Shown here in pieces: positions 46,609-57,367 of a DNA stretch of 64,000 nucleotides (its first letter is position 1; the number at the start of each line of letters is the position of its first letter). The position numbers were made by a program, and so were the translations under genes. The DNA comes from a bacterium (GTDB taxonomy: Bacteria; Desulfobacterota; DSWW01), in assembly GCA_040756235.1 (NCBI GenBank), contig JBFLZG010000087.1:1-64000 (forward strand). The letters are read 5' to 3'. The notes beneath the pieces were generated by a model, which had not been told where the DNA came from, ran no database searches, and saw only the letters and a program-made list of their open reading frames with translations.

Positions 46609-47904
46609 CTAGGTCCCTGCGCCGGATACGCGCCGTCCGGCGATTCCGGCGTCTTGCCGTCTTGCGATCTCTGCGGATACCACCAGCCTGAGCAGGCGGT
46701 TGATGATGAGCAGGCTCCAAAGCCAGGGATACTCGTAGATCGGATAGAAGAAACCGCCGATCAGGTAACACACTGCGGCCACCAGGATCCCGTCCGCATA
46801 GTTCGCGTATCGACGGGCCTCGATCCGGCCACCGGTCAGCTCCCGTTCGCTCCGTGGGGTCCTCTTCACAAACGGCTCGAGAGCCTTCCGCATCTTCCGA
46901 TTCTCCTTCCAGAAGCTCCCGAGCAGGACGAGAAAGAGCGTCATGCCCACGATGCCCTGCTCGGCGAGCACCTGAAAGTAGATGTTGTGCGGTGACCGCC
47001 CCCACAGCGTCCGCAGGTCCGGGTACCGAACTCTGGCCTCTTCTCCGGCATAGACCGGCGCCAGCACCCCGAAGTTGTGAACGCCTACCCCCAGGAGCGG
47101 ATTCGCCTTGAACTGATTCCAGGCGATCCCCCACAGTACCTTCCGGTCCAGACCGGTCCCGGCGGCGGTGCCGCTCTGAATGGTCTTCATCTCCTGCCAG
47201 AATTCTCCGCCCGGGAACAACCAGTTGGCCGCGACGAACAGCAGGACGCCCCCGGCGCATCCGGCCAGAGTGACCGCGACTCTTCTCTTTGCCCTGACCC
47301 ACAGGTAAGCGTAGGAAACCGTCAGGGCCAGGAACGAACCCCTTGAAAAAGAAGCGATCGCACCCAACAGGCTGGCAGCCGCTCCCGCCAACCCCAGCCA
47401 CCTTCCCCGGCCGACGCGGTGGGCAGCGAAGTAGCAGAAGCAGAAGGCCACGCCCATGCCCATGTACGTACCGAACTGGTTGCTGTCATCGAGAACGTAA
47501 TCCCAGCCGATCTTTCCTCCCCCGCGGACTCCCCAGAACGCATAGTAGATGAAATTCAGGGCGAACAGGCGAAGCAGCGCTTCCAGGCGCCTTTTCTCCG
47601 CGCACAAGGAGAGCGTCACGATGCCCAGGAGATACACTTCGAAGATCATCCGGGTCGCGGTCCTGGCGTAACCCGTGTTTTCGGCCACCAGAAGGGTGGA
47701 GAGGGCGTGCAGGGCAACGAGCAGCATGAGCAGGGTGAAGTTCCGTTTCCTTGCCCTCTCCATGATCCAGAGGGGCAGGAGGCAGGCGAGCAGCAGCGAC
47801 TGCAGCCAATAGAATGCCGACAGCCCCCCGACGTATTGGTTGACCATCCTCAAGGGATGGAACAACACCAAGATCCAGGTCAGCAACAGCAGCCGGTAGG
47901 TCAA
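46609..47904 (-). CDS. O-antigen ligase / Wzy-like polymerase (copy B)
   Basis: Multi-TM protein; DSNQFG; SFSRGSF; NPLLGVG; SPHNIYFQVLAEQGIVG. Confidence 0.87.
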   Translation of the reverse strand: MTYRLLLLTWILVLFHPLRMVNQYVGGLSAFYWLQSLLLACLLPLWIMERARKRNFTLLMLLVALHALSTLLVAENTGYARTATRMIFEVYLLGIVTLSLCAEKRRLEALLRLFALNFIYYAFWGVRGGGKIGWDYVLDDSNQFGTYMGMGVAFCFCYFAAHRVGRGRWLGLAGAAASLLGAIASFSRGSFLALTVSYAYLWVRAKRRVAVTLAGCAGGVLLFVAANWLFPGGEFWQEMKTIQSGTAAGTGLDRKVLWGIAWNQFKANPLLGVGVHNFGVLAPVYAGEEARVRYPDLRTLWGRSPHNIYFQVLAEQGIVGMTLFLVLLGSFWKENRKMRKALEPFVKRTPRSERELTGGRIEARRYANYADGILVAAVCYLIGGFFYPIYEYPWLWSLLIINRLLRLVVSAEIARRQDAGIAGRRVSGAGT

Positions 47905-47971
47905 GTTGCCCCCGCGGGAGCGACGGCCCCCTTGCCCGCTGCACCCGTCCCGTCCCGCGGCCGGCCGCCGC

Positions 47972-49114
47972 TCACGCCCCCGCTCCCGCAGGCCGGCAGG
48001 CTCGGGTCCGGGCGCGCAGGACGGATCGGTAGAGGCTCAGGTAGGCATCGGCCATGCGCTCCACGGAATATCTCGCGCGGAAACGCTCCCTGGCGGCTTC
48101 CCCCAGCCGGAGCATGCTGCGCCGATCGCCTGCCAATGCGCCGATCGCTTCGGCAAGCGCCGCCGGGCTGCCCGCCTCCACCAGGATCCCGTTCACATTG
48201 TGGGCGATGACTTCCGTGTTTCCCCCGACGGCGCTGGCGACAATCGCCTTTCCCGCTGCCATGGCCTCGAGGATGACCAGCGGCATGCCTTCCCAGATGG
48301 ACGGCAGCACATAGATGTCGACGACCTTGAGAATCTCGTGGATGTCGTCCCTCGGGCCCAGGAAGGCCACTGCGTTCGAGACACCGGTTGCTTCCGCCAG
48401 TTGCTCCAACTCGCCGCGCAGCGGACCGTCGCCGGCGATCAACAGCCTGAGCTCCGGGAAAGCCTTGTGCAGCGGGGCCATGGCCTGCACCAAGTGCTCG
48501 ACCCCCTTCTGTCGCGTAAGCCTGACCCCTACGGCCAGCACGGGAAAAGCGCCTTCGATCCCGAGCTCACGCCTCTTGTTCCCCACATCCACATCCACCT
48601 CGTACTTCGCACCGTCCACCCCGTTCGGGATGACCACGATCTTCTTCCGGGCGATGCGCGAGTGCTGCAGAAGGTCGTTTCGGGTATGCTCGGACACGGC
48701 CACGACCTGGTCCACGAAGCGGGAAAGCACCCGCTCTGCGTAGAGGTACCTCTTCTTGTCCGGATACCTGCGCGCATGGTCGGTATGGACCTTCACCGGC
48801 ACCCCGGCCAGGAGCCCCCCCAGGGTGCCGTCGATGAACGGTTCGGTGTTGTGCGTGTGGATCACCTGAGCACCGGAATCCCGGATGATGGATGCGACTT
48901 GCAGAAAGCTCAGGTACTTGCCCGGACCGCTTGGCCGGTTGACCATGCGGACCCGGATGCCCGCTCGATCCAGCTCTGCCTGAAACGGACCGCCGGCTCG
49001 AAGGCAAAGCACTTCCGCTACCACCCCCGCCCGCTGCAGCTGGGTGGAAAGGTCGGTCACGACGCGCTGCAGCCCGCCGATCTGCAGATCGTGCGTGATC
49101 TGCAGCACCTTCAT
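47972..49114 (-). CDS. GT4 glycosyltransferase
   Basis: GGLQRVV; IPNGVD; PSIWEGMPLVILEAMAAG. Confidence 0.92.
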   Translation of the reverse strand: MKVLQITHDLQIGGLQRVVTDLSTQLQRAGVVAEVLCLRAGGPFQAELDRAGIRVRMVNRPSGPGKYLSFLQVASIIRDSGAQVIHTHNTEPFIDGTLGGLLAGVPVKVHTDHARRYPDKKRYLYAERVLSRFVDQVVAVSEHTRNDLLQHSRIARKKIVVIPNGVDGAKYEVDVDVGNKRRELGIEGAFPVLAVGVRLTRQKGVEHLVQAMAPLHKAFPELRLLIAGDGPLRGELEQLAEATGVSNAVAFLGPRDDIHEILKVVDIYVLPSIWEGMPLVILEAMAAGKAIVASAVGGNTEVIAHNVNGILVEAGSPAALAEAIGALAGDRRSMLRLGEAARERFRARYSVERMADAYLSLYRSVLRARTRACRPAGAGA

Positions 49115-50643
49115 CGCGCTTCCCTCCCGGCCGGGGCGGGCCTCCTGAGCAAACGGCCCAGGAACGCCTTCTCCCGCTCGTTGAAATACCCGCTGATCCA
49201 CAGCAGAACCGGATAGCCGATCACCAGAAGCGCCGCCTTCAGGAACCCTCTTTCCGCAAGCGTCCTGGCCAGCTCCGTCAGGGAATCCGTGTTTTCGATC
49301 GCCGCCCGGGTGCCCTGGTCGAGGATCATGGCGGTGCCGGCGATCAGGACCGCAGTCAGGAACAAGCGGGCGATGCGCCCGTAATGATATTCGATTCCAT
49401 AGTACTTCTGAGAGGCGATGTGGGTGGCGGCGTACATGAAGAGGAAGCTCGCGGCGGTGGCGAAGGCGGCTCCATACATGCCGAGCCTCCGGACAAGAAC
49501 GAACATCAGGGCGATATTGATCAGAGTGCCTGAAGCCGTGATGGCCGTGAACAGGATGTTCCTGTTGGCCAGCAGGATTCCCCTGGCCGAAAACCCCATC
49601 ATGCTGTCGAAGATGCACCCGACGATCAGTACGATCAGCACCTCGCAGGCGCCGAGGTACTGCTTGGAGGCCAGCAAATAGGTCAACTCGTAACGGAACG
49701 AGATCATCCCGCAGATCAGAAACATCACCACGAGAAGGATGTAGTCGATCGAATAGCCGAACATCACCCTCTTGTCTTCCTGGTCTTCGCCGCGGCAGAC
49801 GTTCTCGTAAAAAAACGGCACCCAGGCCATGTTCACGGCGCGGACGAAGAAGGGGACCAGTCCGGCGATCGAGAGCGCCACGGAGTAGACCGCCACGACT
49901 TCAAGGGAGACATACTTCTGCAGAATGAACACGTCCGCATGGTGCATGAACGAAGCGCAGAGCTGCGAGAGGAGCAACGGCAGGTTGAAGGTCAGGAACA
50001 GCTTGGCGTCGCCGGCCGAAAAGTCGACGCGCACCTCACGTCGGGTGTAGACGATGAAGTAGACGCCGAACAGGGCGGCCAGCGCGAACTTCGCGGCCAG
50101 GACCCCCAGCGCCCCGCAGGAAAAAACGATGACCAGGAGCAGGGTGAGGCCCACATTGGAAACCGTGCTCGATACCGTCAGCGCCACGTAGCGTTTGGCC
50201 TGGTTCCGGATCTTCAGGAAGGCGTACGGCAGGATGTTCAGATTCTGCAGCCAGCTGGCCCAGATGACGAGCACGATGTAGGGCGCGAACGGCACCTCTC
50301 GGAACAAGGTCCCGAATATCCCCTCGCCCAGCAGCGTGAGCGGCATCACGAACAACATCAGGGGCAGAAACAGCAGGATCAGGATGAAGGAGCCGAAGAA
50401 CTTCTTGCGCCCCTCATCGTCCTTCTCCCAGTAAAAGCGCATCACGTACTCGGCGCTGCCGATTCCGAACAGCGTCAGGAGAAAAGCGCCGATGCTGTTG
50501 GCGACCGAGAGGAGACCGTACTCCTCCTTGGGGAGATAACGCGTCAGGATGGGCATGGTGATCAGGCCGGAGGCGCGGATGACGAACATGCCGACCACGT
50601 AGACCACCGAGCTGCGAAAGAACCCGATCAATCGGGTGCGCAT
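49111..50643 (-). CDS. Wzx-type flippase (copy 2)
   Basis: PILTRYLPKEEYG; many TMs; ADVFIL; GMYGAAFAT. Confidence 0.9.
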   Translation of the reverse strand: MRTRLIGFFRSSVVYVVGMFVIRASGLITMPILTRYLPKEEYGLLSVANSIGAFLLTLFGIGSAEYVMRFYWEKDDEGRKKFFGSFILILLFLPLMLFVMPLTLLGEGIFGTLFREVPFAPYIVLVIWASWLQNLNILPYAFLKIRNQAKRYVALTVSSTVSNVGLTLLLVIVFSCGALGVLAAKFALAALFGVYFIVYTRREVRVDFSAGDAKLFLTFNLPLLLSQLCASFMHHADVFILQKYVSLEVVAVYSVALSIAGLVPFFVRAVNMAWVPFFYENVCRGEDQEDKRVMFGYSIDYILLVVMFLICGMISFRYELTYLLASKQYLGACEVLIVLIVGCIFDSMMGFSARGILLANRNILFTAITASGTLINIALMFVLVRRLGMYGAAFATAASFLFMYAATHIASQKYYGIEYHYGRIARLFLTAVLIAGTAMILDQGTRAAIENTDSLTELARTLAERGFLKAALLVIGYPVLLWISGYFNEREKAFLGRLLRRPAPAGREAR

Positions 50644-50680
50644 GGAGATCTCGTTCTCCGGCTGTCCCGCCCGGCTGCGA

Positions 50681-51340
50681 TCACGGCACGCCGTCCGTTC
50701 CCGGATGGGCAAGCGCCCGGATCACTCTGGCCGGGTTTCCGGCGACCAGCGTCCCCGCCGGCACGCTCTTGGTGACCACGGCCCCGGCCCCCACCACGGC
50801 GCCGCTGCCGATGGTAACGCCTTTCAGGATGATGGCCCTCTCGCCGATCCAGACGTCGTCCTCGATGCGGACGGGCGCGTTCTTGCCTGCGTAGTTGTCG
50901 ATCGGTGTTTCGTGCAGGACTTCGAGCTGTCGCCTTCTGGCGGCCGGGTCGATCGGGTGTCCGTTGTTGTCGTAGATGGAGACGCCTCGGGAAATGAAGC
51001 AATAGCGGCCGATGCGGACGTCGTTGTCCGCGCTGATGACGGTCCCGCTGCGGATGGTGGTGTAATCACCGATGGTGATCGAGCCCCGGCGGTTGCAGAA
51101 GAGCGTGCCGTTCAGCTTGACATAGTCGCCGATCCGGACGCTGTCCCTTTGGTTCAGGTTGTAGAGCCGGCAGTCGGCCCCTTCCATGCGGTTGTATCGA
51201 CGATAGCAGAAGGATTCGCCGATGATCGCCAGGCGGTGCATCCTGCGCAGTTTCGCGTCCCGCTTCCACGCGGCGAGCCTGTCCTGCAGCCAATCGGGGG
51301 CATGCAGAACTTTGCTGAGGAACGTTTCGATCCGTGACAT
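50681..51340 (-). CDS. Hexapeptide-repeat (LbH) O-acyltransferase
   Basis: [44 protein letters not shown]. Confidence 0.9.
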   Translation of the reverse strand: MSRIETFLSKVLHAPDWLQDRLAAWKRDAKLRRMHRLAIIGESFCYRRYNRMEGADCRLYNLNQRDSVRIGDYVKLNGTLFCNRRGSITIGDYTTIRSGTVISADNDVRIGRYCFISRGVSIYDNNGHPIDPAARRRQLEVLHETPIDNYAGKNAPVRIEDDVWIGERAIILKGVTIGSGAVVGAGAVVTKSVPAGTLVAGNPARVIRALAHPGTDGVP

Positions 51341-51450
51341 GTCGCCGTCCTGTTGCGGGTCGACCCGCGGGGTACGGGCAAACGGCCCGGCCCTGAGGGC
51401 CGCCCGCAGGGTCCGCCGGGGCTCACGCCGGGCAGAGGGAATTCACGGTT

Positions 51451-53796
51451 TTATCGCCAGCAGTCGCCGAGCAGGGAAGCGCCCTGCAGGACGCCCGCCA
51501 GCCGCCGTTCGACGCGCGCGGCGGCCAGCCGCCGGAGGGATCCGGCCGCCAACCCGCTTCTCCGGCGGAGGTGGTGTCTCAGGTGCCAGGGCAATCTCGC
51601 CTGCATGATGCCGTCGAGCATGCCCGTCGAGAAACCGTGGAAGGGCTCTCCTTGTTCCAGATACCCGGAAAGAAAGTGCGACATCAGCTCGGACAACGGT
51701 TTCGTCCGCACCAGCAGGGAGCCGCATTCGACCAGGATGCTCAGCAGGAAGGTGGCCGGATCCCGGTACGGATTGCCCGCCGGGGCGAACAGCTGGAAAT
51801 CGATCAGGACCAGCCTTCCTGCACCCTGCTCGAGCAGAATGTTGTGGGGGCGGAAATCCCAGTGAACCGGCAGGCGCACCTGCCGAGGCGGAGCGGGGGT
51901 CGTGTCCTCGAGCCTCTTCAGGTGTTCCAGGTATGCGGCATGGATCTTCTCCGAGACACCCAGGCGAACCAGGTCCTGGATCGCCTGTCTCGCGCTGGAG
52001 AAGATCTCGCCGTATACGTCTTCACCGGCGGATCTTTCGTGGCTGCCTTCGACGCCCTTCTGGAATCGCTTCAGCAACCTGCCGGCCATCCTGAACCGAT
52101 CGAGCAGGTCCCGTGACAAGCTCCGGAATCCCGTTCGCCCCAACTCCCGGGCGGTGGCCTCCAGGAGGCTCGTGCCGCGTACGAACTCCATCAGGATCGA
52201 GCGATCGCTCGCGAGCACGGCGACGGCCCCGGGAGCATGGAAATGCTCCGACCCTGCAAACACGGCGTGGGCATACCCCAACCCGCGGTATTCGTTTTCC
52301 AGGCACTTCCTCAGGAACGCGTCGTCCCCGGCTTCCCTCTTGTAGCGTTTCAGATAGAGCTGCCGGGCCCGACCGCCGGCCTCATGGGTGAGCACGAATC
52401 CGTCGGAGGTCCACCCCGTGCCGGTGCCCGGTTCCACCGCCAGCTTCGTGGCCGCCTCGTCCGCTCTCGTTCCGTTGATGGCCTCGGCAATCCTCTTCAG
52501 CAAGGGGGCTTCGAGCGCCCCCACACCCCCCGGTGCAATCCCCAGCACCTGTTCGTAGATCTCCATGATGTCCCGCACCTGGCGTTCCGGACTGAACTTC
52601 TCCAGGACCGTCTTCCTGCCATTCAGCGCAATCCGCTTTGCCTTTTCCTCGTCCTCCAGCAGAAGGCGGATCGCTCTCGACAGCTCCTCATGACTTCCCG
52701 GGGAAACCAGGATCCCGTTCTCTTGATCTTGGATGATCTCACAGGGTCCGCCGATATGGGTCGCAATCACCGGTTTTTCCAGCGCCATTCCCTCCAGGAT
52801 GACCCGGCCGAAGGGCTCGGGCTCGATGGAGGAATGTACCAGGACGTCCATGGCACGGATGCAGGAAGCCACGTCCTTCCGATACCCTGCGAAGGTGACG
52901 TGCCGCTCGAGCCCGTGCTCTTCGATAAAGCTCTTCAGCTCTTCCAGGTAGACCCGGTCTCTCTGCTCCGCGGACGGCTCCCCGACCACCAGGCAGAGAA
53001 TATCGGGAAAGTCCTGGCGCAGGGAATGGATGGCCCGGACCACCGTTCCCTGTCCCTTCCAGCGACGAATATTGCCCACCACGCCGACCACCGGCCAGCG
53101 TCCCTGGATGCCGAATTCGCGCCGAACCGGGTCCGCACAGGCCTTGGAGAGGAACGCCCGGGTGTCCACGGCGTTGTAGACGACGCAACTTCTCTTGCCC
53201 GTAAGACGCCTTTGCTCGAGAAACCTCTGGACCGCTGCCGACACGCAGATGACCGCATCCAGGCAGTTGACGTAAAGGTAGGTCGCTCTGGGCACGGGAC
53301 TGTCGGCGATGCCTCTCTGATGAGAGACGCACCGGATCCCCGCCCATCTCGCTGCCAGCATCCACTCATGGTTGACCCAGACCGCGTTGTTCAGGTGGAC
53401 CAGGTCGATCTTCCGTTTCTTGATCAGCCGGTAATAGCGGACCGTGGGCACGGCCCGCAATCGGATGAGGTTCGAGGCCATCGTGAGCACCCTGGCCGGA
53501 ACCTTCGCGAGAGCCCGAGGCGGCCGGCCGTCTGCCGCACGCTCCAACCGTTTTCCGGGGACGTATCGACGCGGAGGCGGCAGCACGATCACCTCGTGAC
53601 AGACCGTGCGGAAATCCTCCAGCAGCCGGTGGTCGTTGTAGAAGAGCGCATACGGCGTGAACCGCCGCCGGTCGAGCCCTCGAATCATGGTGTAGAGGCT
53701 GAAGTACGATCCGCCGACCGTACCGTCCTGGTTCTCCTCCACGTACAGCACGTTGTAACGCCTGGGCTGCTCCATGCGCTCCACGTCCGGTCTCAA
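51451..53796 (-). CDS. GT4 glycosyltransferase fused to a C-terminal APH/protein-kinase-like domain
   Basis: GT4 motifs WKGQ and PEPFGRVILEGMA; then LYLKRY, ENEY, HWDFRPHNILL, LIDFQ. Confidence 0.85.
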   Translation of the reverse strand: MRPDVERMEQPRRYNVLYVEENQDGTVGGSYFSLYTMIRGLDRRRFTPYALFYNDHRLLEDFRTVCHEVIVLPPPRRYVPGKRLERAADGRPPRALAKVPARVLTMASNLIRLRAVPTVRYYRLIKKRKIDLVHLNNAVWVNHEWMLAARWAGIRCVSHQRGIADSPVPRATYLYVNCLDAVICVSAAVQRFLEQRRLTGKRSCVVYNAVDTRAFLSKACADPVRREFGIQGRWPVVGVVGNIRRWKGQGTVVRAIHSLRQDFPDILCLVVGEPSAEQRDRVYLEELKSFIEEHGLERHVTFAGYRKDVASCIRAMDVLVHSSIEPEPFGRVILEGMALEKPVIATHIGGPCEIIQDQENGILVSPGSHEELSRAIRLLLEDEEKAKRIALNGRKTVLEKFSPERQVRDIMEIYEQVLGIAPGGVGALEAPLLKRIAEAINGTRADEAATKLAVEPGTGTGWTSDGFVLTHEAGGRARQLYLKRYKREAGDDAFLRKCLENEYRGLGYAHAVFAGSEHFHAPGAVAVLASDRSILMEFVRGTSLLEATARELGRTGFRSLSRDLLDRFRMAGRLLKRFQKGVEGSHERSAGEDVYGEIFSSARQAIQDLVRLGVSEKIHAAYLEHLKRLEDTTPAPPRQVRLPVHWDFRPHNILLEQGAGRLVLIDFQLFAPAGNPYRDPATFLLSILVECGSLLVRTKPLSELMSHFLSGYLEQGEPFHGFSTGMLDGIMQARLPWHLRHHLRRRSGLAAGSLRRLAAARVERRLAGVLQGASLLGDCWR

Positions 53797-54485
53797 CGGA
53801 TTCGTTTGATCACGACCGCAGGGTTTCCGCCCACCAGGGTCTCTTCCGGAACGCTCTTGGTCACCACCGAACCCGCGGCCACCACCGACCCCCTGCCGAT
53901 CCTCACCCCCTTCAGGATGATCGAATTCATTCCGATCCAGGCATCGTCTTCGATCTGCACGGGCGCCACGTCCTCGATGGTCTGTCTTCTGTCCTGGTAA
54001 TGGATGCTGTGGCTGTTGTTGTCAAAAATCTTCACTTCTTCCGCAATGCGGCAGCGATTGCCGATCTCCACCCTGCATTCCACGCTGATCACGACGCGGT
54101 AGTTGATGCTCGTATGGCTGCCGATGATGAGCTCCGGCCTCTGGAACAGGTTCTTCTGCAGGATCCACGCCTGCCGATTGCCCAGAAAGACGTGGTCGCC
54201 GATACGGATCCTCCCGCTGCCGATGATGAGCGGGATGTCCCCGTCCGTGCGGACGTTTCGCCCGACTTCTTCCGCGGCCGAGCGGAGCAGTTGCTCGTAG
54301 TAAAACTTGTTCGACAGAAATGCGACCGCCTCCTTGCGCAGGGAACGCTCGAGGTACAGGAGCCCGGCCAGGGAAGGGAAGTGGGGCAGATCCAGGCCCC
54401 TGGCTTTCTTTGCCGCACGGTAAACGACCTTGTGGAAGATCGATCTTCGTTCCCGAACATCCTCCAGAAAGCGACCCAGGTCCAT
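53793..54485 (-). CDS. Hexapeptide-repeat (LbH) O-acyltransferase
   Basis: DNNSH; PVQIEDDAWIG..ILKGVRIGRGSVVAAGSVVTKSVP..GNPA. Confidence 0.9.
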   Translation of the reverse strand: MDLGRFLEDVRERRSIFHKVVYRAAKKARGLDLPHFPSLAGLLYLERSLRKEAVAFLSNKFYYEQLLRSAAEEVGRNVRTDGDIPLIIGSGRIRIGDHVFLGNRQAWILQKNLFQRPELIIGSHTSINYRVVISVECRVEIGNRCRIAEEVKIFDNNSHSIHYQDRRQTIEDVAPVQIEDDAWIGMNSIILKGVRIGRGSVVAAGSVVTKSVPEETLVGGNPAVVIKRIR

Positions 54486-54527
54486 GTTCACCCACCTTCT
54501 GCAGCGCAATTCGCCAGGCCAGGGACC

Positions 54528-55640
54528 TCACCGACGACCGAGGCGCCGGGCAAACATCGGTATCGAGCTGGTCATGTCGTTATGGATGCCGACGCGGTTC
54601 ACTGCATAGCGGTGCGTCATCGGTTTTTCGACGTATCCCCTCCGCGTCGTCAGCGCGGCCCGAAACCCCGATGCGCACACCTGCCGGGCAACCCTTTCGT
54701 CGAACTCTCCGTTCGGATAGGCGAACACCGGGATGAAATTCCTCTCCCGGTTTTCCTGCATCAGCCGGAACGAGCGGTCGATCTCCTCCCGCAGCCTCTC
54801 CGGCGTCAGGCCCGGCAGAATGGAGTGGCTGGCCGAGTGGGATCCGAAACAGATCTTCGCGCGCGCCATCTCGCCGATTTCTTCCCAATTCAACAGGGCC
54901 CTTTCCGCCGATGCGGGCAGGCCCAGCAGGCGCTCCATGCGCCCGATCAGCTGCTCGCCGGTTTCCGGGGGCAGTTTCTTGAACTCGCCGATCACCCGGT
55001 CCGCGGTCAGCACCGGGTCTCGATCCCATCCCGAAAACCATCCGCGCAGTCGCGCCGGCTCAATGCCCTCCGCCCGGAACAGCTCGCCCAATGATTCAAG
55101 AAGCGGTTGCCGCCGGTCCAGCCGTCGCAGACGGCCCAGAGCGCCGGACAGACGATCGAACCAGAAGCGGCGGTCCGTTCCGAGATAGTCGCCGACGAGG
55201 AAGATGGTGGCCGGAGCTCCGTACGCGCGCAATGTCGGAAAGGCATAGAGGTAGTTGTCGCGCCAGCCGTCATCAAAGGTGATCGTGCAATACTTCTTGG
55301 TCGGATCCAGATCGCCTTGGCTGCACCTTTCCAGCAACGCTTCCAGGCCCAGGGTTTCGAAGCTCTCGGCCAGATAGCTCACCTGGGTCCGGAACACGCC
55401 GTCGTCTACGTACATCCCCGGCTGTACATTCAGGCTCTCCGCAACGGCGCTGGGCAGGACACGATGGTACATCAGGATGACCGCCTGCCCTCTCGGGGAG
55501 GACTCGTAGACGCCGGACAGATACGCGCAGCGCGCGAACGCACGCCTGAGCTTCAAGCTCCAATCCAACCGGGCTCCTCCTCGTTGCGGTGCGGCAGCGC
55601 GCGGGACGCGCGCGGCATGCGCAGACGTCCCGTCGGGCAC
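54528..55640 (-). CDS. Polysaccharide deacetylase (CE4)
   Basis: ILMYHRV; ITFDDGWRDNY; FGSHSASH; FAYPNG. Confidence 0.9.
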   Translation of the reverse strand: MPDGTSAHAARVPRAAAPQRGGARLDWSLKLRRAFARCAYLSGVYESSPRGQAVILMYHRVLPSAVAESLNVQPGMYVDDGVFRTQVSYLAESFETLGLEALLERCSQGDLDPTKKYCTITFDDGWRDNYLYAFPTLRAYGAPATIFLVGDYLGTDRRFWFDRLSGALGRLRRLDRRQPLLESLGELFRAEGIEPARLRGWFSGWDRDPVLTADRVIGEFKKLPPETGEQLIGRMERLLGLPASAERALLNWEEIGEMARAKICFGSHSASHSILPGLTPERLREEIDRSFRLMQENRERNFIPVFAYPNGEFDERVARQVCASGFRAALTTRRGYVEKPMTHRYAVNRVGIHNDMTSSIPMFARRLGRR

Positions 55641-55643
55641 GGC

Positions 55644-56666
55644 TCAGATGTTCCTGTCCCCGGCCAGGAATGACAGCCTGCGCCCGACAGACTCCTCGTC
55701 TCCCAGATGGAACAGCCGCATCTCATAGCGAGCGTCCACGAACAGGTACCATTTCAGCGCCGGCAGCAGCGGATGGTCCTCGAACACGGTCGTGTAGATC
55801 GCGAAGCAGCCGCTGTCCCGGGCCAGCCTCACCAACGCCTTCATCAACGCGCCGAAGCAACGAGAGTCGTCAGCCACGTAGTCGTAGATCTCGAGTCTTC
55901 GGTCGGTGATCTTGTACACCAGGTAGCCCGACAGCCCGCCGCAGCCTCCTTCCCTGCACGTCAACAAGCTGAAGTCAAACAGCGGGTTGTCCAGGTAGCG
56001 CCAGCGGAGATACGCGGAGCTGTGGTCGCCGACGGCTCCTTCCTGTGAGGCCCTCACCCGGTCCCACAGGCGGTCGAATTCCTCGCTCACCTCGGACACG
56101 CTTTCCAGAGCGTACCGGCCGAAAGCATAAGTCTCTCTTGCCACCCTGCGCAGCGCCGCATCGACGACGGTTCCGGCGGCTTTCGCCAGAACCGGTCCGA
56201 GGGCTGTGTGCAGGTAGTGTCCGACCGCTACCGGCTTGACGAGATACTTCATCTGTCCGAGGTCCCGAAAACCCACCCGTTCCACGATCTTCCTGGTTTG
56301 GGCGTTCGGCAGGGTATAGAGCCAGGCGAAGCCGAGATCGCGGAAGGAGTCGACCGCCGCCTTGGGGAGCAGCCACGTCGGCCCGAAGACCCGATAGGGC
56401 TTGTCGACCACAAAGTCGCCCAATATGCCGGTGCGCACGCGGCGCCCCCGCACCCACACTTCCCTCGGCAAGATGGAAATCATCCCACCGATCTCCCGGC
56501 TGTCTTCGGCAAGCGCGGCCAACCAGACGGTCTCCCCGGCGGGGTTGCCGCGCTTCAGCCAATCGTAACGACCGGGAGGGGACCCGATCATGTTGTCCTG
56601 CCACAGGTGCAGGATCTTCTCTTTGAAAGGTTCCGGGTCCACCCGCTCGACCCTGAATTTCTTCAT
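55644..56666 (-). CDS. GNAT-fold acyltransferase
   Basis: W...NPAG; GDFVVDKPYR; YTLPN; YLRWRYLDNP. Confidence 0.75.
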   Translation of the reverse strand: MKKFRVERVDPEPFKEKILHLWQDNMIGSPPGRYDWLKRGNPAGETVWLAALAEDSREIGGMISILPREVWVRGRRVRTGILGDFVVDKPYRVFGPTWLLPKAAVDSFRDLGFAWLYTLPNAQTRKIVERVGFRDLGQMKYLVKPVAVGHYLHTALGPVLAKAAGTVVDAALRRVARETYAFGRYALESVSEVSEEFDRLWDRVRASQEGAVGDHSSAYLRWRYLDNPLFDFSLLTCREGGCGGLSGYLVYKITDRRLEIYDYVADDSRCFGALMKALVRLARDSGCFAIYTTVFEDHPLLPALKWYLFVDARYEMRLFHLGDEESVGRRLSFLAGDRNI

Positions 56667-56713
56667 CTCATGCCCACCCTTCGCGGAGCCTCGCGACGGC
56701 ACGCCGTTCGCCG

Positions 56714-57367
56714 TCAGAGCGTGTTCTGCACGTAATCGGTATGCGTGTACGGCGGCAGCAGCGGATGAATCGTACGGAGAAAATCCAGCATCATCCGGAG
56801 CGTCTGCTCCTCATCCTCGACGACCGGAGCCATCACCCGGACAAAGGAGGCGCTGCTTCGCTTCAGGAGAAGTCTCCTGGACAGCACCTTGAGCCGAATG
56901 ATCGTCTGGCTGGTCGTCAGATATCCGTCCACATCGAAGAAGTAGAGGGCGATGGACTTGGCGCCGCTCTTCTCGACCCGGAGCCTGCCGATCCTCCAGC
57001 TGCGGCGATCGCCCAGTCCGACGGAGAGCGTGGTCTTCTCCTTCACCTCATGGCCGACTCCGCCCAGGCATGCTTCCGGAGCGTGGAATGAGATGTTCTT
57101 GTCATCGAACCAGACGATCGACAGGTTCAGGGGCATGGAATAGCGAGGCGACTCGTAGTTGCGGAGAAAGACATAAGGGGTGTCGATCGATTCGTACACC
57201 CGGTCGTGCATCGGAAGGTCGATTCCCTTCCAGTCGCCGACGGTCAGGGGAAATTCGAAGAACCTGGGGTTTCTGACCCCCTCGCTCATGCTCACCGAGT
57301 AGACCAGAGCGGCGGCGACCGCGGTGACCAGGACGATGGCCAGCGGGCTCGGCGGATTACGCTTCAT
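56714..57367 (-). CDS. epsI: Exosortase-associated EpsI family protein (copy 2)
   Basis: N-terminal TM; FPLTVGDWKG; HAPEACLGGVG; SFVRV. Confidence 0.85.
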   Translation of the reverse strand: MKRNPPSPLAIVLVTAVAAALVYSVSMSEGVRNPRFFEFPLTVGDWKGIDLPMHDRVYESIDTPYVFLRNYESPRYSMPLNLSIVWFDDKNISFHAPEACLGGVGHEVKEKTTLSVGLGDRRSWRIGRLRVEKSGAKSIALYFFDVDGYLTTSQTIIRLKVLSRRLLLKRSSASFVRVMAPVVEDEEQTLRMMLDFLRTIHPLLPPYTHTDYVQNTL

